From NCBI GenBank assembly GCA_000934665.2, contig KZ538088.1, forward strand, positions 62,001 to 126,000: 64,000 bases of DNA, given 5' to 3'. Numbering within the stretch: position 1 is the first letter of the stretch; each line of letters starts with the position of its first letter. The position numbers were made by a program, and so were the translations under genes. The notes under the pieces are model-generated. The model was not told where the DNA came from, ran no database searches, and saw only the letters and a list, made by a program, of their open reading frames with translations. Positions 13,801 to 25,084 of the stretch are shown here, in pieces. This stretch comes from Catajapyx aquilonaris. Taxonomy: Eukaryota.

Positions 13801-14747
13801 TTTTGTCTTCAATGCGACACGTGGATATGTCAAAACATCGTTAGGGGGGACGACAATCAAACTGCAATTTTTACATCGGGTTTTCTTTTTAGTGCTAGTG
13901 TACAACTTTTACAACTGGATCCGGTTACAAAAAAGAGCGTGCATCACAAGCCGTCTATAAATATACCATCTGTTTATTTATTTTAACGTTTAAATAAAAG
14001 GGAGGAAAATGTAGGACGCATTGTTACAAGAATTTATGAGGATAAAAATGAATGGAATAAAAGGATCCAATTAATTTATAATAGATTCGATCAATTGAAA
14101 TATGAAAATAAATTATTTGTGGGCGTCATTACTTTCTCGGTTGTAAACGTAGGCAATTCGATACTTATAAGACTGTGCTTCCTATGTTCTTCTCATATTT
14201 GGCTGGCACTATTATAATATCTATAACAACGTCGAATGGCAGTCGCTTGCCTTGATTTTTGTACAAATGTCGAGTGAATGTCTACGGGCAAACGTGCCAC
14301 CATTACTACAGGTCGTGTTACACTATTTCATCGTCACAGTCCTGCACCCACACTTTACATGCCTAATATAGGCAGGTCTGTATGTAGCCATCGATTACTA
14401 AACAATGTCGTCCTGTGAATCATTGCAAGAGTCCACTGGGATCATGCGACACTGGAGCACCAAAAGAAAAAAAAAAGAATAAAAGTGTCTTCGCCTCCAA
14501 TGATTGTCAATTTTGATCACGCACAAAAAGCACCACAACTCTGTCTTCCGACATACATCCTCCTCATCTTCAACATCATCAGCAGCACAAACTCACCTTT
14601 GACAAGCAGTGTTCCAATATCAGTCACTATTGGTGCTGCTGCTGCTGCCACGACCCGTACAAGAAGTCTCTGGGCGGCCACATCGCTCCCATCGCGGAAG
14701 GGTCACCGATGGGGGGCATGACCCCATGACCTGGCAGACAGCGCACG

Positions 14748-15724
14748 TCATCCGAAGGAGTAGAGCATGGTCAGAGGATTGGTGTCGAGGCCTGATTCGG
14801 GCAGGTGGTGGTGGTGGTGTGGGTGGTGGTGGTGCAAGTGTGGGTGATGGTGCTGCTGCTGCTGTTGCTGCTGCTGCTGCGACTGTTGCTGCTGTTGTTG
14901 CGACGTCCCGCTGCTTTTCTCCAGCGGGTACGAGACTGGAACGAGTGCAGAGAGTACCAGGCTGTCAAACTCCAAAAAAAATTGGGATTATGATTCAAGT
15001 GTTCGATATGCTTATTTGTAATTCGCATTTTGCAGACCAGAACTCCAACACGTGCTTACTACAGTGCAGCATAACAAAATATGCTGCGATTAAAAGTAAT
15101 GGACCTGGCTTAGGCTTCTGGTAATGCCAGGTTTGCTGCTTTTCTAGTCTACGATTCATAATCGTAAACAGTGTTTTTCAAACGTAAAATGAAAGGGGGG
15201 GAAAAAAAGAGACACTGGCAGCAGGCCATCCAAAAAGTTTCCAGTTGGAAAAAGAACGGATCATGTGCGACGATGCAACATAGGCTGTCATCGCACATGT
15301 TTCGCCCTGGTATAACCGGTAGGCTAAGTCCAGATCTCAAACCAACTGAGCATCGATAGGCAGGGTCCCAACTCCGACAGAGTAGAGAGACAGAGTGGAA
15401 AGTGAAAAACAAATGGGAGCAGTACAGAGGGCTCCTCCAGACAATTTGTTCAGTGGGATTCCCCATAGGTCTGGTCTCTTATCGACAATAAATGCATGGT
15501 TGAAGATGGACCGACCCACTTCCTCCACCAACATCGGTCAATCCCCAATCAAAGAATCAAGCAGAGAGAAGAGAAGAGAGAGACCCATTTACTACTGATA
15601 GATTATGAATAGAGTTTGTGTCCTTTTTCCATATATAAATCAAGACAAGAGACCAGGTCTGTCCTCCTGCCTTGTGTCACCATTGGATTGACAAATGGAC
15701 ACTAGCTTACCATTGTTTTGGAGT

Positions 15725-15756
<32 letters not shown>

Positions 15757-18700
15757 CTGGTGGTGCTGGTGTTGTTTTTGTTTGGCCTGCGCCAAGTGTT
15801 TCTTTTGGCGCGCGCGGGAGTTCTGGAACCAGACCTGCGTGACCCTCTTGGAGAGGCCGGTGATTTGGGCAATCCTCTCCAGGTCCTGTCCATCCGGGTT
15901 CGAATCCAGCTGGAAGTTGGCTTGCAGGACCTGCAGCTGTTCGTCCGTGAACGTGGTACGGACACGCTTCGTCTTGGTCTTCTGCTGGCTGCCCTCACCA
16001 TCAGCGGTCTCTGCAGCAACATCGCAACATACAGCCCCTCATTCTTGCACTGTCCACGAAACACTTACCTTCATTTGAGCTCCTTCCGCCATCAACCAAC
16101 TCCTGGTAATGAGTCTTGCACAACACCCGGTTGTCATACAACGCAAACTCCTCACCGGTACTAAGCTGTCTCTTGCAAGCATCGCAGGCAAAGCAGGCCA
16201 AATGGTACACCTGATCTTTGGCCCGTCGTACCCAGTCAGTAGCCGAAATGGACCGGCCACACTTGGCACACTTGGCACCAAAAGTCCTGGGGATAAATCG
16301 CAAAAAAATATATATAATTGGCACGTATACTGGTTGCAACGAGTGCGAAATCCGATTTTCACCGATTTTTCTATCCTCCCCTTTGGATTTTCCCCACCCT
16401 GAGCCCTATTTGCTCTTGATGACGCTCTCCCTTCGCAGCTGGTCTCCTCCCCTCCTCTTCTTATTTGTCTTTGCTCCGTCGTGACATTTCGCATGGAAAT
16501 CCTATTTGGCACAAAGACACAATCACGACGCCGCGCCTTTGACGTCGGGGGGATAAAAAGCGAGAGGAGATTTGCATGGTGGATGCTCCCAGGTGCCTGT
16601 TCGCTTATTACGTCTTATTCCGATATTCTGTATGTATCAGTGGACATAATGCTGGTGGTCAGTACTTACGACAAATTCTCAGCGGGGGACACACTTTTTT
16701 ATCGAACGAGATTATCATCGCAGTTGGAAATCAGGAACAAAAGAGGGAGATCAAATCCGATTAGTGCTTTAAGTCCGTTGGCTGAATTAGGAAGCTCAAC
16801 CGAGTTAGAAATGGGCAGGGAATAATCTTGTAGTAGGAAGCACTATTTCTGCATACGTAATCTATTCTCAGCAGGAACCAGCCTTGTGATGTTCCCCACA
16901 GAATATCAGACCATAACATGTGTCGGGGGGGGTCCCCAAATTGGCTCTGCAAAAAGGGGATAAAAAACAGGGCACATTCGTTATGCACCCAATTAAACCC
17001 GGATTACGCACTTATGCCACATAAGGCGGCAGCAACCAGTGTTGTGTACTATAAAGACGAGCCCGTCACATTGTTAATAAAAAAATTGCGCCAGTTTATT
17101 TTAAAAATTTCGGCAACACAGCCTCACTTCAAGAAGACACGAACAGATGGCGCACAGGCTCTGCACACTACTACCCTCTGATGGGGAAAATAGTACTACA
17201 TGCACATTGGTGATGAGTCAACGTGGACAGACAGTTTCGTCTACCCAATTCTATATAATATATCTCGTCGGCACACAAGTTTTGTTGAGCTCCTGTATCC
17301 CCACGATATGATACACTATTTCCATCCCCACTTTTCCGAATAACGAACGAAAACTTTCGTTTCCTATAGCCATGTTTCCTCCCCTCCTTCGACCTGCAGC
17401 TTCTTCTTTATATATATATATATATATATATATATGTTTCGAAAAGATTCTTCTTTCCTCCTCTCTCTTTCCGCTGCCTTTTCCCTTCAGCTCCAAATGC
17501 GCGCAATGCCACGCAACTCTACAGACTAGGGTAACGCAATCTATTGCTCGTATTATATTCGATTCGTTTAACTCCAGGACGTGAGTCGGTTCGACGGGCA
17601 AATTAGATTTGGCCTCCCGTGCACCACGCTTCAATCGGCAACAAACTGAATTTCCGATAGCGCGATGGGACCGAACAAACGCAGCATGATGATGGCCAGA
17701 GCACATCTCTCTCCCTCTCCCCCCCCCCTCCCTCCCTCCCTCTCCCCTCAACCTTTCCCTCTCATACATAAAAAGTGGATACAGATAAAGTTTACATTCG
17801 TTTTAGTGTTATAAGTTTTTAGATCAACAAAAAGTGTCTGCATTTTCAACCCTCATATCGGGTGCCAGTATTTAAAAAAGGGGGGTTCGGCAAACTTGTT
17901 AAGCGCGGGCAAAAATTTACAAAACTTGAGCGCACTGCTAATGACACTTAGTACTTGTTTCGATTATTTTGTTAAATGGGCGTCGTTAGGATCTGCCAAT
18001 CAGCGGCCGACACGGTGTTGCAGGGACACTGGTCGGTGGATCCAACGACTCACACAAAGACAACGACATTGGCTGAACCCAGTTTATTAGCGTGTAAAGT
18101 ACACCGTGGATATGTTCATGTTAATAATCACAATATTCAAATAAATGTATTGTTAATGAATTTATTAAATTGTTAGTTTGAATATTCCCATTGTTGAAAT
18201 TTACTGTTACCCGGAGTGTGAATCTGATTGTGCGCCGCAGGCCAAAGAACGTTATGGTGGCTTTGCCATTGACATCCATTGCCATTTTTACCTCAATTCT
18301 CCTGCACAATTATTAGTAAATCTATAGTTCTTCATCCTATCCACCAGAGGCGCTGCCTCCTCCTATTGCGCAGGCGCAGAACGGGAGCCAATAAGGCGGC
18401 TCGCACAAACAAGGATTTAAATATTACAGATAATCCTATATAGATTAATCAGCAATTAAGACGTTACTCATTACTTAGGGTAAAGACAGCGATACATTTT
18501 CCAACGAATCATCTATATTATTAATACCAGACTGTCATGGAAATTCCTCCCGCACTGCAGCTTTGGGAGTGGTGTCAAAATGTTGCCCGTGTTTGCTATA
18601 TTTGCAAACCACTCTTGTGTGTGTGTTGTTGTTTTTTTTTTTGGAAACGGCCTCTCTATTTCCGCTGCTTTTTCCTTTCAGCAACAAAAAAGCCGAGAGC

Positions 18701-20574
18701 GGCCGTTCCACGGAATTCCCACTTCCGCCGTTTCGACGCCACTTCTGCACTTCACCGTCGGATGTCGCTTCGATGCTGATGCTGCCTGGTGCGGGTCTCT
18801 CTCTCTTTCTCTCTCCACTTTCGCACTTTTGGCTAATTTTTTGCCTAATTTTGGCAAGTTGGTGCCTAGTACGCCGTTATGGCCACACTCGGCAGCAAGT
18901 ATCAAACCGATCAAAATGTGTACACTCAGCTTATTACACTCAGAGGCTGCTTTTAAAAACTGGTACTGGGTACACCCGACTCGGATGATGAACGCGTACA
19001 AAAAGAGGGGTTTTTTAAACGACAATCGAATGCAGTCATGCCATATTAAACCTGAAAACATGACGTTTCACGCTCGCGTGGAGACGTCTGCTGTGTTTGC
19101 ACCAGTTTAATGATTTTCGCACAGATAGCAAAAGCAGCACCAACCAGAGCCCCCTGACACGCAAACATTTAGCTCTCGAACCCTGTCACCATGCACCGGT
19201 ACAACACAATGCAACATTGCCGGTACACGACACTATATGATGAAACTGTGCCGCATAACGTTGGTTTCCATTGTGACTGGAGCCAGTGCACCACTTCTGC
19301 CGGTGACACGGCACATTCGGAGGTGACTCGCCGTAATTCACGGTTGCACGTCCATTTATTTCCTACACGTCGGACGGACACAAAAGAGGGCAGAAATTCT
19401 CATTCAAGTGACGCCAACTCCTTCCATAGTCTTCCTCACAAGGGAGATAAATGTAATTGTGTTTATCTGCACGCTCATTGTCGGCGGCTTCGGAGACCCC
19501 CCCTAAAAGTCGCCGAAGTGACCCATAAACTGACACTCACCATTTTTCACTCTTTATGCGCATAAAAATTACACATTCCGTAAAATTGCGTATTATTACA
19601 CATTTTTGTGCATAAAATTGGTAAGTAACGCCTTGGTGAATTATTTTATTCATTAAGCGACACACTTTGGTGCATTATTCAGGTTAATGTACGTATACTG
19701 TATACATATCATTTAAGTGATATTTCGTCAGGGTAAAAATTGTACAAGTGTGGCGGAAAAAGGAATGACGCAGCATCTTCCCCAGCAGACAAAGGCTTCT
19801 GGCCAGAATCCATCCTCGGAGGATTCCTTTTCAATCACTTACTATATAGACGTTCTGTTCATTTCTCGATACCGACCTTTTCGATTTTCTGAGGGGGTCG
19901 TACGAGTGGGGAACAGAAAAAGGTTATATATGACGGAACTCACCGAGCATAGTCTGCCTTGCAGTAGATGGTGTCATCTTTGATGAAACAGGAGGGCTGT
20001 CGATCCAAGGAGGACTGGCAGACGTAGCACCGTAGACACGTGGCGTGCCAAGATCTTCCGTTCACTTTCAGCAGGTACTTGTCCGTGATTACTTCTCGGC
20101 AACCGTAACACACCTCTGATTCAACCTGTACAAATATACGTCATTAAAAATTGTATTTATTATAAAAAATACCTATAGTGAACCCCTTGCCCTAACATAG
20201 ATTGCGCATTACGTTCACCTTGTGATGTCCCTCACTGGAGGGCAATGGCGTATGTGCGCGTCTGGGTGTGGACCTGCTGTTTCATAAGTCGTGAAACGGC
20301 CTGACTGCAGGCTGATCTCAATAAATGGATTGATCCGACCCTGAGTGATATTGCAGGGTCAGGAGGGAACACCTGAGGTCAACCCTCACAACCTATCTGA
20401 TATTTTCCAGGCATATCCCCTCCTTGTTAGCACCATACAAGTCAGGAGCGGCCCTTCCTTCCTTCCATCGTTGCGATCGACCAAATCTGCTGAGAGGCCC
20501 CTGGGCCAATGTGTGCTTAGGGAGGCAAGTTGGACTCGTGAAACTGGGAACAATCGATACTGCTGGTTCCCCTG

Positions 20575-20636
<62 letters not shown>

Positions 20637-23600
20637 CTTGTCATTCAAAGCAGCCCTTTGCCCTCTTTCCTCTCCCTAAAAAAAGAGGACCGTCAGCCCC
20701 TTCCAAATCAGACACCATCCAAATGCCGCATTCGGGGTCCGACTTGTCAGAATTCGACTCAGGGGTCACCTCAAGAGGTCACCCGCACCTATCATCGGAG
20801 GGATCATTTATCAACTGACTCTTCGTTAGTCTCAATTATGTTTTCCGATAGTCCGAAATGACGTGCAGGAACCCTGTACTTGGAGGTGGGTCCACGGGTA
20901 TCCAGGACACGTCAGCGGTGGGTAATGGGTTAATTTGGACGCATCCTGTTGCATCCACTCACTGTGGATGTCCAGTTAGCGTTGTGTAATTGCGACTAGT
21001 GGGAATTAACTGAGGGCCAACCTTTATTTATATGCGGGCTGGAGCAATAAATATTCCCAGCCCTATAGGTGTGTTTTCGTTTAACACATTCTGATTTTAC
21101 ACGGCATATGTCTGGAGGAAATTCGAGGCAATAATAATCAGAATGTGAAAGTCATGATTGGAATAATACACACATTTCTTGTTCTCATGAAAAAGTTCTG
21201 TTCATATTATGATGCGTCATATATTATATCCACAATGAAAATCATGGGTGTGTGTACGTACAATAAAAGTAAAATATATTGTTCAACTGCAACTTGCATG
21301 TTCATGGACATAATATTATATGCGGCTCTCATTATTCTTTGACGACTTTCGGAACGACACACTTAATCATATGTCAATTAATGTAGCAGGTTTTTATCAA
21401 TTATGTTGTCCGCACATTTTATTGTCGCAGGTTTGATTTTGAAATGGTTCAGTACAGATGTGAGTCGAGTATTTTTGAATGGATACTCACATGACAGCAC
21501 ACGCAGACTTTCCCAATAATATAAGGCAAAAGGCACATAGTATTTGTATATATTTTGCAGCATGTATGGAAGGACATTTCAGCAACATGAGATCCAATGT
21601 GACACTAATTGCAGATATTATTTTGCTTGTCACCCGGAATCCAGTTCAAATTGGTTTCATGCATGCAGCAGTCATTGCTGGGTATTGGAAAGGGCCACAC
21701 ACATTCAGACAAACTTGTCAGGTGATAAGTGGTAAAGACAAATACGTTTTATCTGTAGACTATTACCGAGTAGGGTCACTTCGGATTTATAGAGACATGG
21801 AGCTTATTCCAGTTCGCAAATTCTATAGGAGAGAAATGGGTGATGCGGAGACATTTTTGCGAACTGCAGCGGGCCTATAAAATTGCACCAAAATTACTTT
21901 CCATGCTAATTGGCAAATGGGTTTTCAGTATTAAAATTTTACATATACGCAGAGGTTCAACTTCCGTTATACTGATAACCACTCGGCGAAATATGCCAGG
22001 AGTTTTTGCTGATGACAATCATGTGAGGATTCATGTCAATAATAGTACGCAGGATGGAGTGAAAGTTGTGCACTTCCTCTTGGACCAGTACAGGTTCCTC
22101 GACATAATTAATTATTCAAAGGAGAAATTTTGCCCTATAGTTGCTTTTGGTGATTTTGTATATCCGTTATACGGAGATAATGACATATTCACCACGTCGG
22201 TAATCTTGTGCATCGCATCAGACGATCCATATACTGTATAGTATCACTGTATATATACAGGAAGGGATGTTGGAGGTTGGCATAATCATTATCATCTAAG
22301 CCTATACTATTTTTTGTAATACTGTATTTTGTACTTGCTTAGCCGATGAGTTTCAGGATGAACTGAGAAACCAGGTGTTAAATGCAACAGTCACTGATGG
22401 AAGTATAGATACTGCCTGATGGTTTTAGAAATGCTCGTGCATGTCACAAAACTAGCATTTTTCATCAATTCTACACCAGATATAAAACTGCCGTGGGAAA
22501 AAGCATAGTTTCAAGTAAAAGGCGTCAAATGCAAAAGGATCAGGTTCATATTTGACTGATTTCCAAATACAGTAAAACTTCTATAAGTAGAACTTTCCCT
22601 AAGTCGAAGTTCTCTACAAGTCGAAGAAAATGATGAGCTTGGTTGGTCACAATGTAAAATAATAGGAAATAAACTTCCCTAACTCGAATTTCTATAACTC
22701 GAAGTGCAGGCAGGGCCTTAGGAAAGGATTAATGCATTTTCAGTCCGCTCCCTAAATCGAAGTTCATGTTGGCGAGTGCGGATAATTTTCTCATTTCCCA
22801 GCCGAAGGGTCGAGAGATCAGGAAATTGAGCCTTTCTGTACATGTGGCCTATAGGCCACATGTACAGAAAGGCTCAATGTCCTGATCTCCGTCTACCAGA
22901 CGTACCGAAAGAAGTGTTTGACTCGATCGTGACAAAGGGGTGACTCTAATCCCTGGTTGCACCAACAAAATTACCTGCCCGATAGCTCCTAACGGACCCA
23001 TAGCACATGTTAAAAGGTCTACCTATCTGTCCGTTAGGAGCTATCGGACTGGTAATTTTGTTGGTGCAACCAGGCATAAGAGTAGGCAAATGTCCATAAC
23101 GGAGATTTTTTCACAACAAAACAATGAGGAACATTGTAAGTGTGATAGTGACAGTTATTTTTAAGTTTTGAACACCTTTCGTCGCTGGATACAAAGGTAG
23201 GCTTCCTTATAGAGTTCTGTGCTTTAAAAAAAGCCAAACTTCTCTAACTCGAATCTTCTATAACTCGAAGTTTTTTCCCGGTCCCATGGAGATTCGCCTT
23301 ATAGAAGTTTTACTGTATGACGGTTTGAAGCTTGTGCAGCAGGTTTCATTATCCCTTTTGGAATGAACTTTTGTTACAAAAACTCCTCAAGGGAAGAATT
23401 ATACTGTAAATCACGGTAAATCATAAGCCAATTTAGAGCAAAATGTGATTCTGATCGTGCTATGCATTTCATTTCATGTCTACATAAAGTTAAGTGTATT
23501 AAGGCATTTTTGATGTGTATACTGACGCCAGATTGTGTATACACAATCAGGCGTCAGTTTTTTTTTTTTACTTGTGCGAATCATATATGATTCGCACAAG

Positions 23601-25084
23601 TAAAAAACTCTGCGAATAATAATTGACCCATTGAAATAACAATTGAGCAATTTGTAAGATGTATTATATCAAAAAGGGTATGACAGGAACAACATTTATG
23701 AAGTTGCGGGTGTTCATAACGATGTCTCATTACTATAATAACAATATACTGTCGTATAACCATATACATGCCAATTAACAGGAAGTGATGTGACAATGAT
23801 AGAATAGCGCCAGTGGATGATAGGCTATGGGTATAGCGTATTAATAACTTAAGATTAGAGATTAAGAGGTATCGTTATTGACACTAGTAATTTTACATGG
23901 TGGACCTGTAAATATGTCCACATACATTGGCACCCATCACTGATGTATAGAATCTGGCCTGTATACCGGCCAAAAATTAGTAATTGAATTAAATATTATT
24001 AGTCCATAATCATACAGCATGTTACTTTTAAAATACAGTAACAAATAATATGGCACCAATTACATTAGCATATTAAATGAATGCAAAATAATTTACTGCT
24101 GGTTAAAACTTGTGCGTGCAACGAAATTACCCGCACATTTTTATTACGCTATATTGCTGATTTTCACTGAAATCCAACAGCATATAAAATGTAAAGCACG
24201 ATATTGAAATAACCGAAAATACGTTACTAGAGCCATAAACGCCGAGTAATAGATTTGCCACATTGCATGTATTTTATTACAATAACGTTGTTGCAAATTT
24301 TTACGGAAGTCCTGAAATGCAGAACCGCACCAGTCGCGTTTTGGACGAAATTACAGTGCCGCTTACGACATACTTTCTGACTTTTCCCGAGAGAGCACTT
24401 ATTGTTACAGTTCCGTACAAAGATGTCTTTTTAAAAAACAAGATGCCGTAATGTAAGTACACTATAACGCAATCTCCCAATTCCTTCCGCAACGTCCCGA
24501 AATCAGTTTATTGCGATTCGGACTGCATTACAAGTCTTCATAAAATGTAGCAGCCCATCAGCATATACTGTAGATCATTAGTCATTATACATCTTATCTT
24601 AATTCATTGATTATCCCTTCAGGGTTCTTCTCTTTCCGGGGGGTATACGGCCAACGTTATAGCCTACATTACATTGTCGGTGCTTGACAGTGTAATAACT
24701 TATTGCATTACGTTAGTAGTTTAATGCTTACGCTTCATGGCCCATTTTTGCAAAATGCTTACATATCACGAGATTTGGCCAATTCTCTCGCTATAGATTA
24801 CGCTGCAAATGCACAGTACTTTACGTCGACAGCATCAACTTAGCCGCAACGGTACAATTGGCAAGAAATTGCACTCGACATCGCGATTATCCCGCGCATG
24901 TCCATTGTACTAAAAAGCAATGCACCAAATAATCCCCTGCCGCTCATTAACCGATCGGAATGAATGACCCTCTCACCTTGATGATGGTGTTGTTGTTGTT
25001 ATTGTTGCTGGTGCTGCTGCTGTTGAGTACGCTAGTGAGTGAGTCTTCGGCGGCCAAGGGATGCAGCAGGTCGTCCTCACTCAT
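14748..25084 (-). CDS. Awh: LIM/homeobox protein Arrowhead (Lhx6/8 family), paralog B; complete, about 331 aa
   Basis: Exons: 25084-24977 (MSEDDLLHP...NTIIK, in-frame stop upstream), 20125-19944 (LIM1 VESEVCYGC...CKADYAR), 16286-16069 (LIM2 [22 protein letters not shown]...LCKTHY), 16010-15711 (homeodomain [57 protein letters not shown] plus polyQ), 14935-14748 (polyQ/polyH tail, TGA). All introns GT-AG, phases consistent, 996 nt in total. Confidence 0.93.
17409..17435. repeat. (TA)n microsatellite
   Basis: Directly visible. Confidence 0.95.
20578..20634. repeat. (CT)n microsatellite
   Basis: Directly visible, in Awh-B intron 1. Confidence 0.95.
22570..23315. mobile_element. Tc1/mariner-pogo (Tigger-like) MITE
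   Basis: Perfect 18-bp TIRs CAGTAAAACTTCTATAAG ... CTTATAGAAGTTTTACTG with TA on both sides; repeated subterminal taa(c/g)tcgaa motifs; no transposase ORF. Confidence 0.9.
22950..23076. mobile_element. Short hairpin MITE (PIF/Harbinger-like), copy 1, nested in the pogo-type MITE
   Basis: TAA on both sides; arms cctggttgcaccaacaaaattacc..ccgatagctcctaacggac / gtccgttaggagctatcgg..ggtaattttgttggtgcaaccagg. Confidence 0.8.
23521..23607. repeat. Two adjacent spacer-less palindromes (38 bp and 44 bp)
   Basis: 23521-23558 actgacgccagattgtgta|tacacaatcaggcgtcagt (1 mismatch); 23564-23607 ttttttacttgtgcgaatcata|tatgattcgcacaagtaaaaaa (perfect). Confidence 0.95.

Noticed and set aside
14706..14750. 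TGA-C stop read-through of Awh-B
   Set aside because: The context is leaky-type, but the extension is only about 14 codons with no supporting feature.
14609..16164. Poly-L/V/A plus-strand ORFs (171 aa, 148 aa)
   Set aside because: Antisense shadows of the CAA/CAG/CAC repeats in Awh-B exons.
18319..18446. CTCF-like CCACCAGAGGCGC site or tiny TAA-flanked MITE
   Set aside because: The motif is one base short of the consensus spacing and the putative TIRs are only about 7 bp.
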